From Candidatus Omnitrophota bacterium (lineage in GTDB: Bacteria > Omnitrophota > Gorgyraeia > Pluralincolimonadales > Pluralincolimonadaceae): a stretch of DNA of 64,000 nucleotides. Under the pieces are notes generated by a model. It did not search any database. It worked only from the letters and a program-made list of their open reading frames with translations, and had not been told where the DNA came from. Every line of letters starts with the position of its first letter. Within the stretch, counting starts at the first letter, position 1. The DNA lies in the NCBI GenBank assembly GCA_003141835.1, contig PLNR01000002.1, forward strand, positions 14,026 through 78,025, written 5' to 3'. The translations under genes were made by a program, and so were the position numbers. This document shows positions 1-7,515 of this stretch, in pieces.

Positions 1-186
1 GCCTTTTGCGATAGCTTCTTTTACCCTGCCGTATACAGCGGTTTCTTTGTCATAATCCCTCTGTATCTCGTCCATGCTCCCGCCGACCTGCATAAGCGTC
101 CCAATGTTATAGGCGCGGCATGGTAGTTGTGGGTCAACTACCACCAAAAATACCGCCAAACCCAAAAGGATAAAATATCTTTTCAT
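1..186 (-). CDS. partial (C-terminal part beyond window start) secreted hypothetical protein; starts MKRYFILLGLAVFLVVV...
   Basis: Minus-strand ATG at 184-186 followed by a hydrophobic signal-peptide-like N-terminus. The ORF runs off the window start. It sits directly downstream of the Cache protein on the same strand. Confidence 0.35.
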   Translation of the reverse strand, partial: MKRYFILLGLAVFLVVVDPQLPCRAYNIGTLMQVGGSMDEIQRDYDKETAVYGRVKEAIAKG

Positions 187-189
187 GTC

Positions 190-1428
190 TTAGTCCGGAT
201 AATAGCCTGTGCCTACGACCCACCCGAAAGGCTTGAAGAGAAGGCTGTATCCCCTCTTTTTCAAGGGTTCGGCCGAGCCGGGCTTCGGGAACCAGTAATC
301 GGTATAACCGCCGCCCGGCTGCTTGCCGTGCGTGATTATCTCGCGGACATAATTTACGCCGTTTATGTTCGCGTCCAACCGGTTCTTGCCTTCGACTTTC
401 TTGTCACCGTACAAGACAACGTTGACGCCGGCGACCGTATCGGCCCAGAAATACCCCTTGCCGTCGTCGCCGTAGCGCATCTCCCTCAACAGGTTCGCGC
501 CCGTCTCCTTCGCCTGGTCAAGGGTCATGTTATCTTTTTTGGACCTGTCATATACCGCCTGGAGCGTGCTGACCGCCTGCTGCGTGGCGTTCTTTATGAC
601 CGCGTCCTGTTTATCGTTCGCCGAGAACTCTTTTGTCGCCACGACCAGCCGCCACTCGGTGCCGTGCAGGGCAATGGTAGTCCAGACTGCATTCTTCTTG
701 ACGGGTTTAGTGGTCCCCAGGTCGTAAAAATTGTACGAGCCCGAACCTGTCCTGTCCGCGGCGATCTTCCTGCCGAACGCTACCGTATCCGGGAACGGCT
801 CATAAAGAGGATCGCTGAATAACATCCTTCCTATCTGGTCCGGGTCCGGATCATAAAGAATGCGCCCGTCCTTCTGCATCACCCATACATACAGGGAGGA
901 GTCATTCGTCACCGACTTTATCACGGCCGAGAGCAGGTCTTCCGGCTTAAAAAGCAGGCTGACCGACCCGGCGAAATCTCCCCGGGCCGAAAAGACCGGC
1001 TCTTCTATGTCCGAGGCGTAAAAACCCTCGACCGACTTGAATGCGTCGCCCATGACAGGCCTGCGGGTCTTCTGGAGGCGGATCATCTGTTCCTGGCCGC
1101 TGACGTCCGAACCTTCGTATTTTTTGTATTCCCCCGGCTCGACGATCATCATTATCCCCTTGGCGTCGATGAACGAGCAATCGACCGTATAAGGGCTCGA
1201 TGCGGCGAGGCCGGCGATCGCCTTGCGCGCGTAATCGCCTCCGGCGCCTTCCTTCTGGACCTCCCTGACGGCGAAAAGGGCGTCGGAATCCATTTTAGCG
1301 AGGGTGTCGTTTATCTTGTCCTGGAGTTTCAGGATGATCTTCAGCGAAGCGTCATTTTCTGCGGCCTGCGCGGCGGCCAAAAGGAAGAATAAGAACACAA
1401 AACTGCACGCTAATATTGTCTTTTTCAT
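190..1428 (-). CDS. secreted single-Cache (sCache_2-like) ligand-binding protein with no output domain
   Basis: Signal peptide MKKTILACSFVFLFFLLAAAQA. The C-terminal block GYFWADT..NVVLYGD..GKN..D.NG..Y..EII..GKQPGGGYTDYWFPKPG...KRGYSLLFKPFGWVVGTGYY is typical of a Cache sensor fold. The likely start is the MKK codon at 1428 rather than the track start at 1479. Confidence 0.6.
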   Translation of the reverse strand: MKKTILACSFVFLFFLLAAAQAAENDASLKIILKLQDKINDTLAKMDSDALFAVREVQKEGAGGDYARKAIAGLAASSPYTVDCSFIDAKGIMMIVEPGEYKKYEGSDVSGQEQMIRLQKTRRPVMGDAFKSVEGFYASDIEEPVFSARGDFAGSVSLLFKPEDLLSAVIKSVTNDSSLYVWVMQKDGRILYDPDPDQIGRMLFSDPLYEPFPDTVAFGRKIAADRTGSGSYNFYDLGTTKPVKKNAVWTTIALHGTEWRLVVATKEFSANDKQDAVIKNATQQAVSTLQAVYDRSKKDNMTLDQAKETGANLLREMRYGDDGKGYFWADTVAGVNVVLYGDKKVEGKNRLDANINGVNYVREIITHGKQPGGGYTDYWFPKPGSAEPLKKRGYSLLFKPFGWVVGTGYYPD

Positions 1429-1501
1429 TTTTACCTCCGGGATATTAAGAAGTTTACCACCGTCGAAATGGATAGTCAATGGTAGAGCGGGATCTCTACC
1501 G

Positions 1502-1870
1502 CTAATAAGTGCCGGACCTTTTCATGTGCTCGTCCGAGATGCCGAAATAATGGGCGATCTCATGGATCACCGTGCGCCTGATAGCTTCTTTTATGTCGTC
1601 ATCGGTGCGGCAGGCGCGCTCGATGTTGTTCCTGAATATCGTTATCTTGTCGGGAAGGACGCTGCCGTAATAATGCGTCCTCTTCGATAGCGGGACGCCC
1701 TGGTACAGCCCCAGGAGGAATACGCTCTTCTTTTCGCCGGAACTCCTTATCTGCTCGATCGTCGGCTCTTCCTCTATGACTATGTCTATATTCTCGAGTT
1801 TTACCTGGAATTCCTCAGGCAGGCTCTCGGCCGCCTCGACGACAAGGGCCTCAAAGGATTTCGCGTCCAT
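1502..1870 (-). CDS. minimal zinc metallopeptidase-like protein (Zincin_1/DUF1025-type, HEIAHYFG motif)
   Basis: 122 aa with a single HExxH motif (VIHEIAHYFGISDEHM) in a small acidic protein. Confidence 0.55.
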   Translation of the reverse strand: MDAKSFEALVVEAAESLPEEFQVKLENIDIVIEEEPTIEQIRSSGEKKSVFLLGLYQGVPLSKRTHYYGSVLPDKITIFRNNIERACRTDDDIKEAIRRTVIHEIAHYFGISDEHMKRSGTY

Positions 1871-1873
1871 ATC

Positions 1874-2281
1874 TTACTTGCCGCTTTCCTTTTGGCTCAT
1901 TGCCTTCAACTCGTTCACTTCTTTCTTGAGCTCGTTGATCGATTCCGCGGTCTCCTTAGCGAGCTTATCGAGCGTTTCGGCCAGTTTAGCGATGCGCGCT
2001 TCCAATTCGTCAAATCTCCTCGCCGCATACGAATCCAATCCCTCGGTGATGACGGTCCCGTCCATCTTGTAGACCCTCATCCCCTGCGGCACCATCAGGT
2101 CCATCCCGCCGACCTTTATGTTCTGCATCCCCGGGTTGCCTGACGGAGCGCCGGTGATCGGATGCGACTGGTAAAAATCATAAGACCCTACGTGCTGGGA
2201 ATCGTAAGTTTCCTGGGCATAAATATGTCCCGCCGGTAAAACTAAAAATAAAACCGCGGCGAACGCGTATATTAGCTTCAT
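1874..2281 (-). CDS. small secreted protein with C-terminal coiled-coil (hypothetical)
   Basis: Only the C-terminal 135 aa of the track ORF 1874..2854 look genuine: signal peptide MKLIYAFAAVLFLVLPAGHIYAQ and a KLAETLDKLAKETAESINELKKEVNELK coiled-coil. The start ATG at 2279-2281 overlaps the upstream gene's TGA (ATGA). Confidence 0.5.
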   Translation of the reverse strand: MKLIYAFAAVLFLVLPAGHIYAQETYDSQHVGSYDFYQSHPITGAPSGNPGMQNIKVGGMDLMVPQGMRVYKMDGTVITEGLDSYAARRFDELEARIAKLAETLDKLAKETAESINELKKEVNELKAMSQKESGK

Positions 2282-2991
2282 TTGGCCTCTCCCTGCGGAT
2301 GCAGCTTCTTCCATCTGTCGAGGAACAGGAAGTATACGCCCGGGCCGAAGGAAAGGAGCATTACTGAGATCCCAAGCGCTATGCCTATGAAAGTCGAAAA
2401 TCCCGCGCAGCAGTAATCCCTGCTCCTGGCGATGATATGCGTCGGGACCGCGACGAGTAATTCGAGGATGCTCCCCTTGAACATAAGCCTGCATTTCCGC
2501 TCCACGAAATTCCCGGGTTCGTATTTCTTGCTCCACCTGTAAAAGACCGCACCCCAGAGAAACCATACGGCAATAAACGAGATTATATATATCTGGACCG
2601 GCAGTATGGTCATCCACTTTTTGGCCTCGGAAATGTTTAAGCCGAGGATGAGCCAGGAGTAACCCTCCGGGCCTTTCATCACGGTTTCGGCGATAGCCGC
2701 ATAAATGCCGACGGCAAGCCCGGTCATTACAAAACTTATCGCAATAATAGAATAGATCACGGAGCGTTTCCTTACCGGGCGGCCGCTCCCCGTCTCGATC
2801 GGGATGCCCAATAACGCCGCCTGGCAGATGAGCATTACCGCGAACAACACCCAATACCTCAAGGATTCGATCACCTCAACCGCATTATTATAGGTAAGCG
2901 CGGGATAAAAAGCCGCGAGGATGACCGGCACGGTCAGGATGAATAGGATAACGCCGTAAAGCAGGACAACGATGATCGCGAAACGCTTCAT
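2278..2991 (-). CDS. polytopic membrane protein (hypothetical)
   Basis: Multiple hydrophobic helices. The start MKRFAIIVVLLYG at 2989-2991 overlaps the SemiSWEET stop (ATGA). Confidence 0.55.
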   Translation of the reverse strand: MKRFAIIVVLLYGVILFILTVPVILAAFYPALTYNNAVEVIESLRYWVLFAVMLICQAALLGIPIETGSGRPVRKRSVIYSIIAISFVMTGLAVGIYAAIAETVMKGPEGYSWLILGLNISEAKKWMTILPVQIYIISFIAVWFLWGAVFYRWSKKYEPGNFVERKCRLMFKGSILELLVAVPTHIIARSRDYCCAGFSTFIGIALGISVMLLSFGPGVYFLFLDRWKKLHPQGEAK

Positions 2992-3254
2992 GTCTTGCCT
3001 CCTCTGTTTTTTACCATCACCGCCAGAATATATATGCAAAAAACAATGGTCACTGCGTTCGCGCAGATTATCGGGAGATTATTTATAATGATACCATAAA
3101 CCAGCCACAATAATATACCGATTGAAAATATCACATACATCGGCATCGACAGGTCGCGCGTATGGTGAGTCTTGTAGACCTTATACGCCTGCGGAAAGAA
3201 TGCGAATGTTGTGCACGCGGCGGCAGCGAGGCCGAGTATGGTTACGGTGTCCAT
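2988..3254 (-). CDS. SemiSWEET / PQ-loop sugar transporter (bacterial 3-TM half-SWEET)
   Basis: 88 aa with FFPQAYKVYKTHHTRDLS...MY...LWLVYGI...LPIICANAVT, matching the SemiSWEET PQ-loop signature and triple-helix-bundle size. Confidence 0.8.
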   Translation of the reverse strand: MDTVTILGLAAAACTTFAFFPQAYKVYKTHHTRDLSMPMYVIFSIGILLWLVYGIIINNLPIICANAVTIVFCIYILAVMVKNRGGKT

Positions 3255-3260
3255 AGATTC

Positions 3261-3920
3261 TTATTCCTGATTTTTGTTCCCCACTGCAAACCGAGCACCT
3301 ATCTTAAAGGCTTTTTGGCAATCTTTGGAAAATACTTCTTTCCGTCTTTTTAGCTTCGCTTCAGGGTCGAACCGCGTCGCGACATACTTGGAATAGTCGT
3401 CGAACTGGTAGGTGTCAAAGCTCAAGAGCGTCTCGCTTGAACCGAAGATCCTTGTTAGGAAGTTTTCCGTGATCGCGAAACGCTGTTTATAACCTACTTC
3501 GTTCATCACCTTTTCGGTAACGCCCATCGTATAAATGAACCCTGTAGGGATCTTTTTGGGAAAAAGTGACTGCGGGGGATTGGTATACGTCAGGTACGGA
3601 AAGACCAGCCGCTCCATGAATGACTGCATCTCTCCGGTAATGCTTCCCAGGTATATGGGCGAGCCGAAGATAACGGCATCGGACTCCTCGACCCTTTTGA
3701 AGACGGGCTTAAGGACGTCATTAATTACGCATCTGCCGTAGCTTTTCCCGCCCTTTTCTTTGCAGGCAAAACAACTGATGCAGCCCTTATAGTCCAGGTC
3801 GTAGAGATGTATGAGCTCGGTCCCGGCGCCTTTCGATGCCGCGCCCTCAAGCGCCTTCTTAAGCAAGGTCGCCGTGTTCCATTCTTTTCTCGGGCTGCCG
3901 TTAAATGCGATAATTTTCAT
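3261..3920 (-). CDS. flavodoxin-fold NAD(P)H-dependent FMN reductase-like protein with a compact Cys cluster (iron-sulfur flavoprotein-like)
   Basis: MKIIAFNGSPRKEWNT..., a flavodoxin-like N-terminus. Cys motif CISCFACKEKGGKSYGRC. The start is chosen at MKII (index 43 of the track ORF). Confidence 0.6.
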   Translation of the reverse strand: MKIIAFNGSPRKEWNTATLLKKALEGAASKGAGTELIHLYDLDYKGCISCFACKEKGGKSYGRCVINDVLKPVFKRVEESDAVIFGSPIYLGSITGEMQSFMERLVFPYLTYTNPPQSLFPKKIPTGFIYTMGVTEKVMNEVGYKQRFAITENFLTRIFGSSETLLSFDTYQFDDYSKYVATRFDPEAKLKRRKEVFSKDCQKAFKIGARFAVGNKNQE

Positions 3921-3928
3921 AGATATTA

Positions 3929-4144
3929 TTAGTCCCTCCAGAAATACAGCGCCGCGGTGAGGACGATACCGATAAGGTATGTGGCCAGCGATCCCGAGAA
4001 GAAATACGGATACGCCATTAGCGCGATCCCGATAGTCATTGTGCGCCACAGCGTATTCTTTTTGCCGTAAACGAACGCGACAAAACCTATCGCGCCGAAG
4101 ATAGAACAGGCGGCAATTTTGGCGAAATTAAAATCTCCGAACAT
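3929..4144 (-). CDS. small 2-TM membrane protein (hypothetical)
   Basis: 71-aa hydrophobic ORF immediately upstream of the flavoprotein gene on the same strand. Confidence 0.4.
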   Translation of the reverse strand: MFGDFNFAKIAACSIFGAIGFVAFVYGKKNTLWRTMTIGIALMAYPYFFSGSLATYLIGIVLTAALYFWRD

Positions 4145-4257
4145 AGCAATGCCTCTATCTCGTTCTACCTACATAACTTTAGCATCATCCTATAATTATA
4201 ATAGTACACTACTTACAGGATGGCATCTTTTAAGCCTCTAACTAATAGATTGAAAAA

Positions 4258-4968
4258 TTATATTGGCGTCGATACTTTCCAACGGCCATTAAACATTGCT
4301 AACATGCTCTGTCTAACGTCTTCTCCGAGCAACACTATAAAACTTTCTTTATTACCTAAAAAATTTAAACTATTTCCAGATAACCAAAAATGTTTCTCAT
4401 CAATTATATAACGATCATGCAATTCGCTACAATTATATATTTTGATTTCCACATTAAAACCCTCGGAATTAATATGGGCTAACTGTCTTTTAATTATCCC
4501 TGGAGGTTTATTATCGAGTCGCGCTGTAAGTAGTCTAATAGAGGCGGCCTTTTTAAAATTCCTGAAAATAACATCAAGTGTACCTATATCTACGTAAGGA
4601 TCGCATATAGAAACTTCTTTATACTTATCATCCAATATTTCTTTAATATTGTTTTTGGCAGAAAAAGGCTGATTGGCAGTAATAAATTGGATTTTCTTTT
4701 TTTGAATGACCTTTGCCAGTTCGTCTCTCCCCTTCTCCATTAATTTCCAACCGTCCTTATTCTTGTTACACATACCCTTATTTTTTTGAAGGACATAATC
4801 AACGGCCTGACGTGAAGTATCAAAATGAGCTTTTTCTATAAGGAAAGACGCGATTTCGGCAGATGAATATCTATCTTTTTTAGGGGTGGCTAAATACTCA
4901 ATAGCTTTATAAGCCTTCAGAGCTAACTCATCTATTCCATTAATTATACGTACTACATTATCTTCCAT
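4258..4968 (-). CDS. island protein: N-terminal winged-helix-like region + C-terminal domain with degenerate PLD/HKD-like motif (HDRYIIDEKHFWLSGNSLN); putative nuclease-like effector
   Basis: AT-rich coding sequence. The motif HxRxxxD(x6-7)G-N-S-x-N resembles the PLD-family HxKxxxxD...GSxN but is not canonical. There is one copy only, so it would need to dimerise. Confidence 0.5.
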   Translation of the reverse strand: MEDNVVRIINGIDELALKAYKAIEYLATPKKDRYSSAEIASFLIEKAHFDTSRQAVDYVLQKNKGMCNKNKDGWKLMEKGRDELAKVIQKKKIQFITANQPFSAKNNIKEILDDKYKEVSICDPYVDIGTLDVIFRNFKKAASIRLLTARLDNKPPGIIKRQLAHINSEGFNVEIKIYNCSELHDRYIIDEKHFWLSGNSLNFLGNKESFIVLLGEDVRQSMLAMFNGRWKVSTPI

Positions 4969-4998
4969 AGCTCTATTGATACCCCAATGTTCCTCTTA

Positions 4999-5370
4999 TT
5001 ATTTTAAATTGTTAATGACTTCCCGAATCTTTAGATTAGGAATTTCATATTTAACCTTACCTATAAGTAGCCCTCTGTCTCGAAGCTTCTTAAAAAGAGG
5101 ATCTATGGTCCCTTTTTTTATGCGCGTTGCTTCATGAAACTCCTGAGCAGTGATCATTTCATCCTTAATCAGATTTTTAGCCTTAAGGAGTTTTTTTGCT
5201 AATCCATAAACCAATATTTTCTGCTCCGCTGTTAACTTTGTATCCTTAAAATAAATACTATTGTTCGCCTTCTGAATAGTTATATGAGGCCGAAGCGCCT
5301 CAACCACCTCGGATTCACTAAAGGGACCGTTATCAGAGAATAAATCAGTTATCGTTAGTTTTTCAGCCAT
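4999..5370 (-). CDS. island small winged-helix-like protein, paralog 3 of 3
   Basis: Start MAEKLT is preceded by GGAGGAGG. The C-terminal ~85 aa align with the two neighbouring genes (LAKKLL...ITAQEFHEATRIKKGTIDPLFKKLRDRGLL). Confidence 0.6.
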   Translation of the reverse strand: MAEKLTITDLFSDNGPFSESEVVEALRPHITIQKANNSIYFKDTKLTAEQKILVYGLAKKLLKAKNLIKDEMITAQEFHEATRIKKGTIDPLFKKLRDRGLLIGKVKYEIPNLKIREVINNLK

Positions 5371-5473
5371 GACCTCCTCCTTAAATTTATTATTAATTTT
5401 TTCATATATCATTGCACTTAATCAACGCCATCCCATTTGCTATAGCCCTCTAATTAAAGAATTATCTTGCGAG

Positions 5474-5860
5474 CTATTCATTTATTTTTAGTAACTGTAT
5501 TGCTTTAGTTACTGCTTCTAAGGGAATAAAGTATTCTTTGCTATCTTTTAAAACAATATATTCCTTTCCCAGTGTCGTAAGCTGAGAAGCAACGGAAACC
5601 TGTTTTGCTGAAATCATCCTGGCTAATTCTTTATAATCAATAGTTTCTTTTTCTATGAGCCCCAAAATTAGGGAGGCTTTCTTGGCAAGCAAAGAGGCTA
5701 TTATTTTCTTTTTTATGTCTAACTTATTGCCTATTTCCGTCCATTGAATTCGACCTGTTTTTTCCTCAATTTGTAATAAGGGTTGAAGTGTCTTAGTCAA
5801 AAGCTCTTTATTCAAATCTTCTGTTTTTACTAAAAGTTTCTTTAAAGGCTCATTTTCCAT
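5474..5860 (-). CDS. island small winged-helix-like protein, paralog 2 of 3
   Basis: 128 aa. The conserved core LLAKKASLILGLIEKETIDYKELARMISAKQVSVASQLTTLGKEYIVL aligns with paralogs 1 and 3. Confidence 0.6.
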   Translation of the reverse strand: MENEPLKKLLVKTEDLNKELLTKTLQPLLQIEEKTGRIQWTEIGNKLDIKKKIIASLLAKKASLILGLIEKETIDYKELARMISAKQVSVASQLTTLGKEYIVLKDSKEYFIPLEAVTKAIQLLKINE

Positions 5861-5880
5861 TTCGATTTTCCTTTCATTAT

Positions 5881-6288
5881 TTAAATTTTTAATTTTCCTC
5901 TAATTGCTCTCACAAAATCTTGCATTTTCGCCAAACGGACTTTGTAAGAGCCGCGCGTCGTAGACTCTAATAATCCTTCATCTTTTAAAACAGAGGCATA
6001 GGCGGAAATTTTTTTAGCTTCAATTCCTAATCTTTTTTCCAATTCTTTCCAAGATACCTCAGAAGAAACATTCTCGTCAATATGCGCTAATAGAAATTGG
6101 CCTAGGCAATAAAGCGCTATTTGTTCTTTATCTGTTAATCTCGAGGTAAATTCGATTCGCACTTCTCTATTCTCCGGATCTATTTTTAGAACTCCCCGGC
6201 ATAGCTGTATTAGTTCTTTTGTAAGCGCCCCCCCTGTTTCCACTAAAGTAGACTCGATTAAATTCCTAATTTCATCTTTATTATCCAT
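5881..6288 (-). CDS. island small winged-helix-like protein, paralog 1 of 3
   Basis: Start MDNKDE is preceded by AGGGAG. Core LGQFLLAHIDENVSSEVSWKELEKRLGIEAKKISAYASVLKDEGLLE. Confidence 0.6.
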   Translation of the reverse strand: MDNKDEIRNLIESTLVETGGALTKELIQLCRGVLKIDPENREVRIEFTSRLTDKEQIALYCLGQFLLAHIDENVSSEVSWKELEKRLGIEAKKISAYASVLKDEGLLESTTRGSYKVRLAKMQDFVRAIRGKLKI

Positions 6289-6507
6289 TTTCCACTCCCT
6301 TTTAAAATTAACTATACCACATATAATCAATTTGTCAAGAAAATTTTTTAAAACTACTTTCTTCGACTAAGAGTTGTTAAATTGTAAGTTGAAAAAATTT
6401 ATACTAGGGTAACAAAAAATGCCCCTCAGAAATGGTTTAGTGCCGTCTTATTTGACATCCCCTCGTGATTAAAACGGGCTATCACCTTGCAGGATGCATA
6501 GCTATTT

Positions 6508-7104
6508 TTATTTCTTTCTCCTTTTCATAAAAGCATCGAATTTCTTACTCAAAACAAATACATAATCACAAATTGCATTTGTAAAATCCAGGAGATCGCG
6601 AGAGTCTTCTCGGGATATCTTCTCTTCGGTTGCATGCGCTCCTATGTTTCTATGCAATCTTAGGGCATCTGACCACTCAAAGATCTTCTTATCAATAATT
6701 CCTTTTTTAAGTAACTCCTTTAGTCCTCCATGCAGCGCTTTTTCTTTAGTTTTATATTCTGAGCATATACATTCTAACGCCCTGCCGCACATTACAGCAC
6801 AAGCATTATATGCCTTTGATTTATAGCATAGATTTGCTTCTTCTATGGCCGCCTGAACAGGACCAGGGATACTCCAATCTAAGTATTTTTTGGGATCTGG
6901 CCATACTCTAGTTGCATCATCCCACTCCCATTTTTCTGAACTGATCTGAACAAATTCTTGACAACCAATTAAAGAACGTTTACAAGCAGGACATTCTACA
7001 AATGATATTTTATATCGAAACTCATCTTGCGGATCAACTTCTTCGTGCTGAGCTAATATTTTTGCATCTACTTTTGCTTCGCAATAATTGCATTCTATAA
7101 TCAT
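6508..7104 (-). CDS. zinc-ribbon + DUF4145 (HEPN-superfamily-like, Rx4H motif) protein; putative RNase-type toxin/abortive-infection effector
   Basis: N-terminal CNYC...CPAC zinc ribbon. The C-terminal ...ALECICSEY...LRLHRNIGAHATEEK...NAICDYVF matches the DUF4145 pattern with R-N-I-G-A-H (Rx4H). The start MIIECNYC is preceded by GGAGGG, and a TATAAT-like -10 lies upstream. Confidence 0.6.
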   Translation of the reverse strand: MIIECNYCEAKVDAKILAQHEEVDPQDEFRYKISFVECPACKRSLIGCQEFVQISSEKWEWDDATRVWPDPKKYLDWSIPGPVQAAIEEANLCYKSKAYNACAVMCGRALECICSEYKTKEKALHGGLKELLKKGIIDKKIFEWSDALRLHRNIGAHATEEKISREDSRDLLDFTNAICDYVFVLSKKFDAFMKRRKK

Positions 7105-7122
7105 ATTTCCCTCCGTTACATT

Positions 7123-7151
7123 ATTATACTCTTTGTGCACTTATCTGCGAA
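7123..7151 (-). promoter_or_regulatory. candidate sigma70-type promoter for the DUF4145 gene (-35 TTCGCA, 17-nt spacer, -10 TATAAT)
   Basis: The minus-strand sequence TTCGCAgataagtgcacaaagagTATAATaatgtaacGGAGGGaaatATG was read directly. Confidence 0.3.
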
Positions 7152-7344
7152 TCGAGAATACGTTATTCTTCCCCATTTAAAGACAATAAAAAGCCATAAC
7201 TGATTATTTATCAAGTTATGGCTTCATCTGGTGCGTAACCAGTCGTTTTGATGCTTCATTCCTTGTCTAGACGCTCGAAATTAATATAATAATTTCGAGC
7301 AGACAAGGGATGATTCATTACTCCCTAAAATATTGAGGAATTCA

Positions 7345-7423
7345 TGGCGAGCCCGGAGGGATTTGAACCCTCGGTCTTCAGATCGACAATCTGACGTGCT
7401 AGACCAGACTGCACCACGGGCCC
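7345..7423 (-). tRNA. tRNA-Asp (anticodon GUC), CCA encoded
   Basis: The reverse complement folds as a cloverleaf: acceptor GGGCCCG/CGGGCUC (one G-U pair), D-stem GUGC/GCAC, anticodon stem UCAGA/UCUGA with loop UUGUCGA, T-arm GAGGG-UUCAAAU-CCCUC, discriminator G, then CCA. Confidence 0.8.
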
Positions 7424-7438
7424 GCGTATATTTCAGAA

Positions 7439-7515
7439 TGGTGGGCGCTAGAGGACTTGAACCTCTGACCTGTAGAATGTAAATCTACCGCTCTAACCAG
7501 CTGAGCCAAGCGCCC
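7439..7515 (-). tRNA. tRNA-Val (anticodon UAC), CCA encoded
   Basis: The reverse complement folds as acceptor GGGCGCU/AGCGCCC, D-arm GCUC-AGCUGGUUA-GAGC, anticodon stem GUAGA/UCUAC with loop UUUACAU, and T-arm AGAGG-UUCAAGU-CCUCU, then ACCA. Confidence 0.8.

Noticed and set aside
127-822. Plus-strand ORFs antisense to the Cache-protein gene. Similar antisense/high-GC-frame ORFs occur throughout, e.g. 8504..8932, 11805..12248, 14410..14931, 17015..17941, 19788..20672, 29842..30864, 33628..34371 and 61554..62435.
   Set aside because: Each is fully embedded in a better-supported gene on the opposite strand. There are no motifs and the composition is low-complexity. These are typical spurious ORFs of GC-rich DNA.
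1874-2854. The 326-aa track ORF.
   Set aside because: The N-terminal ~190 aa overlap the membrane-protein gene in another frame and look like nonsense. Only the C-terminal 135 aa from MKLIYAF (starting at 2281) form a plausible gene.
4150-7340. Integrase/recombinase or flanking direct repeats for the AT-rich island.
   Set aside because: No tyrosine/serine recombinase ORF is present. No copy of the tRNA-Asp 3' end (GAGCCCGGAGGG...) is visible at the distal boundary. Mobility is therefore inferred from the position beside the tRNA and base composition only.
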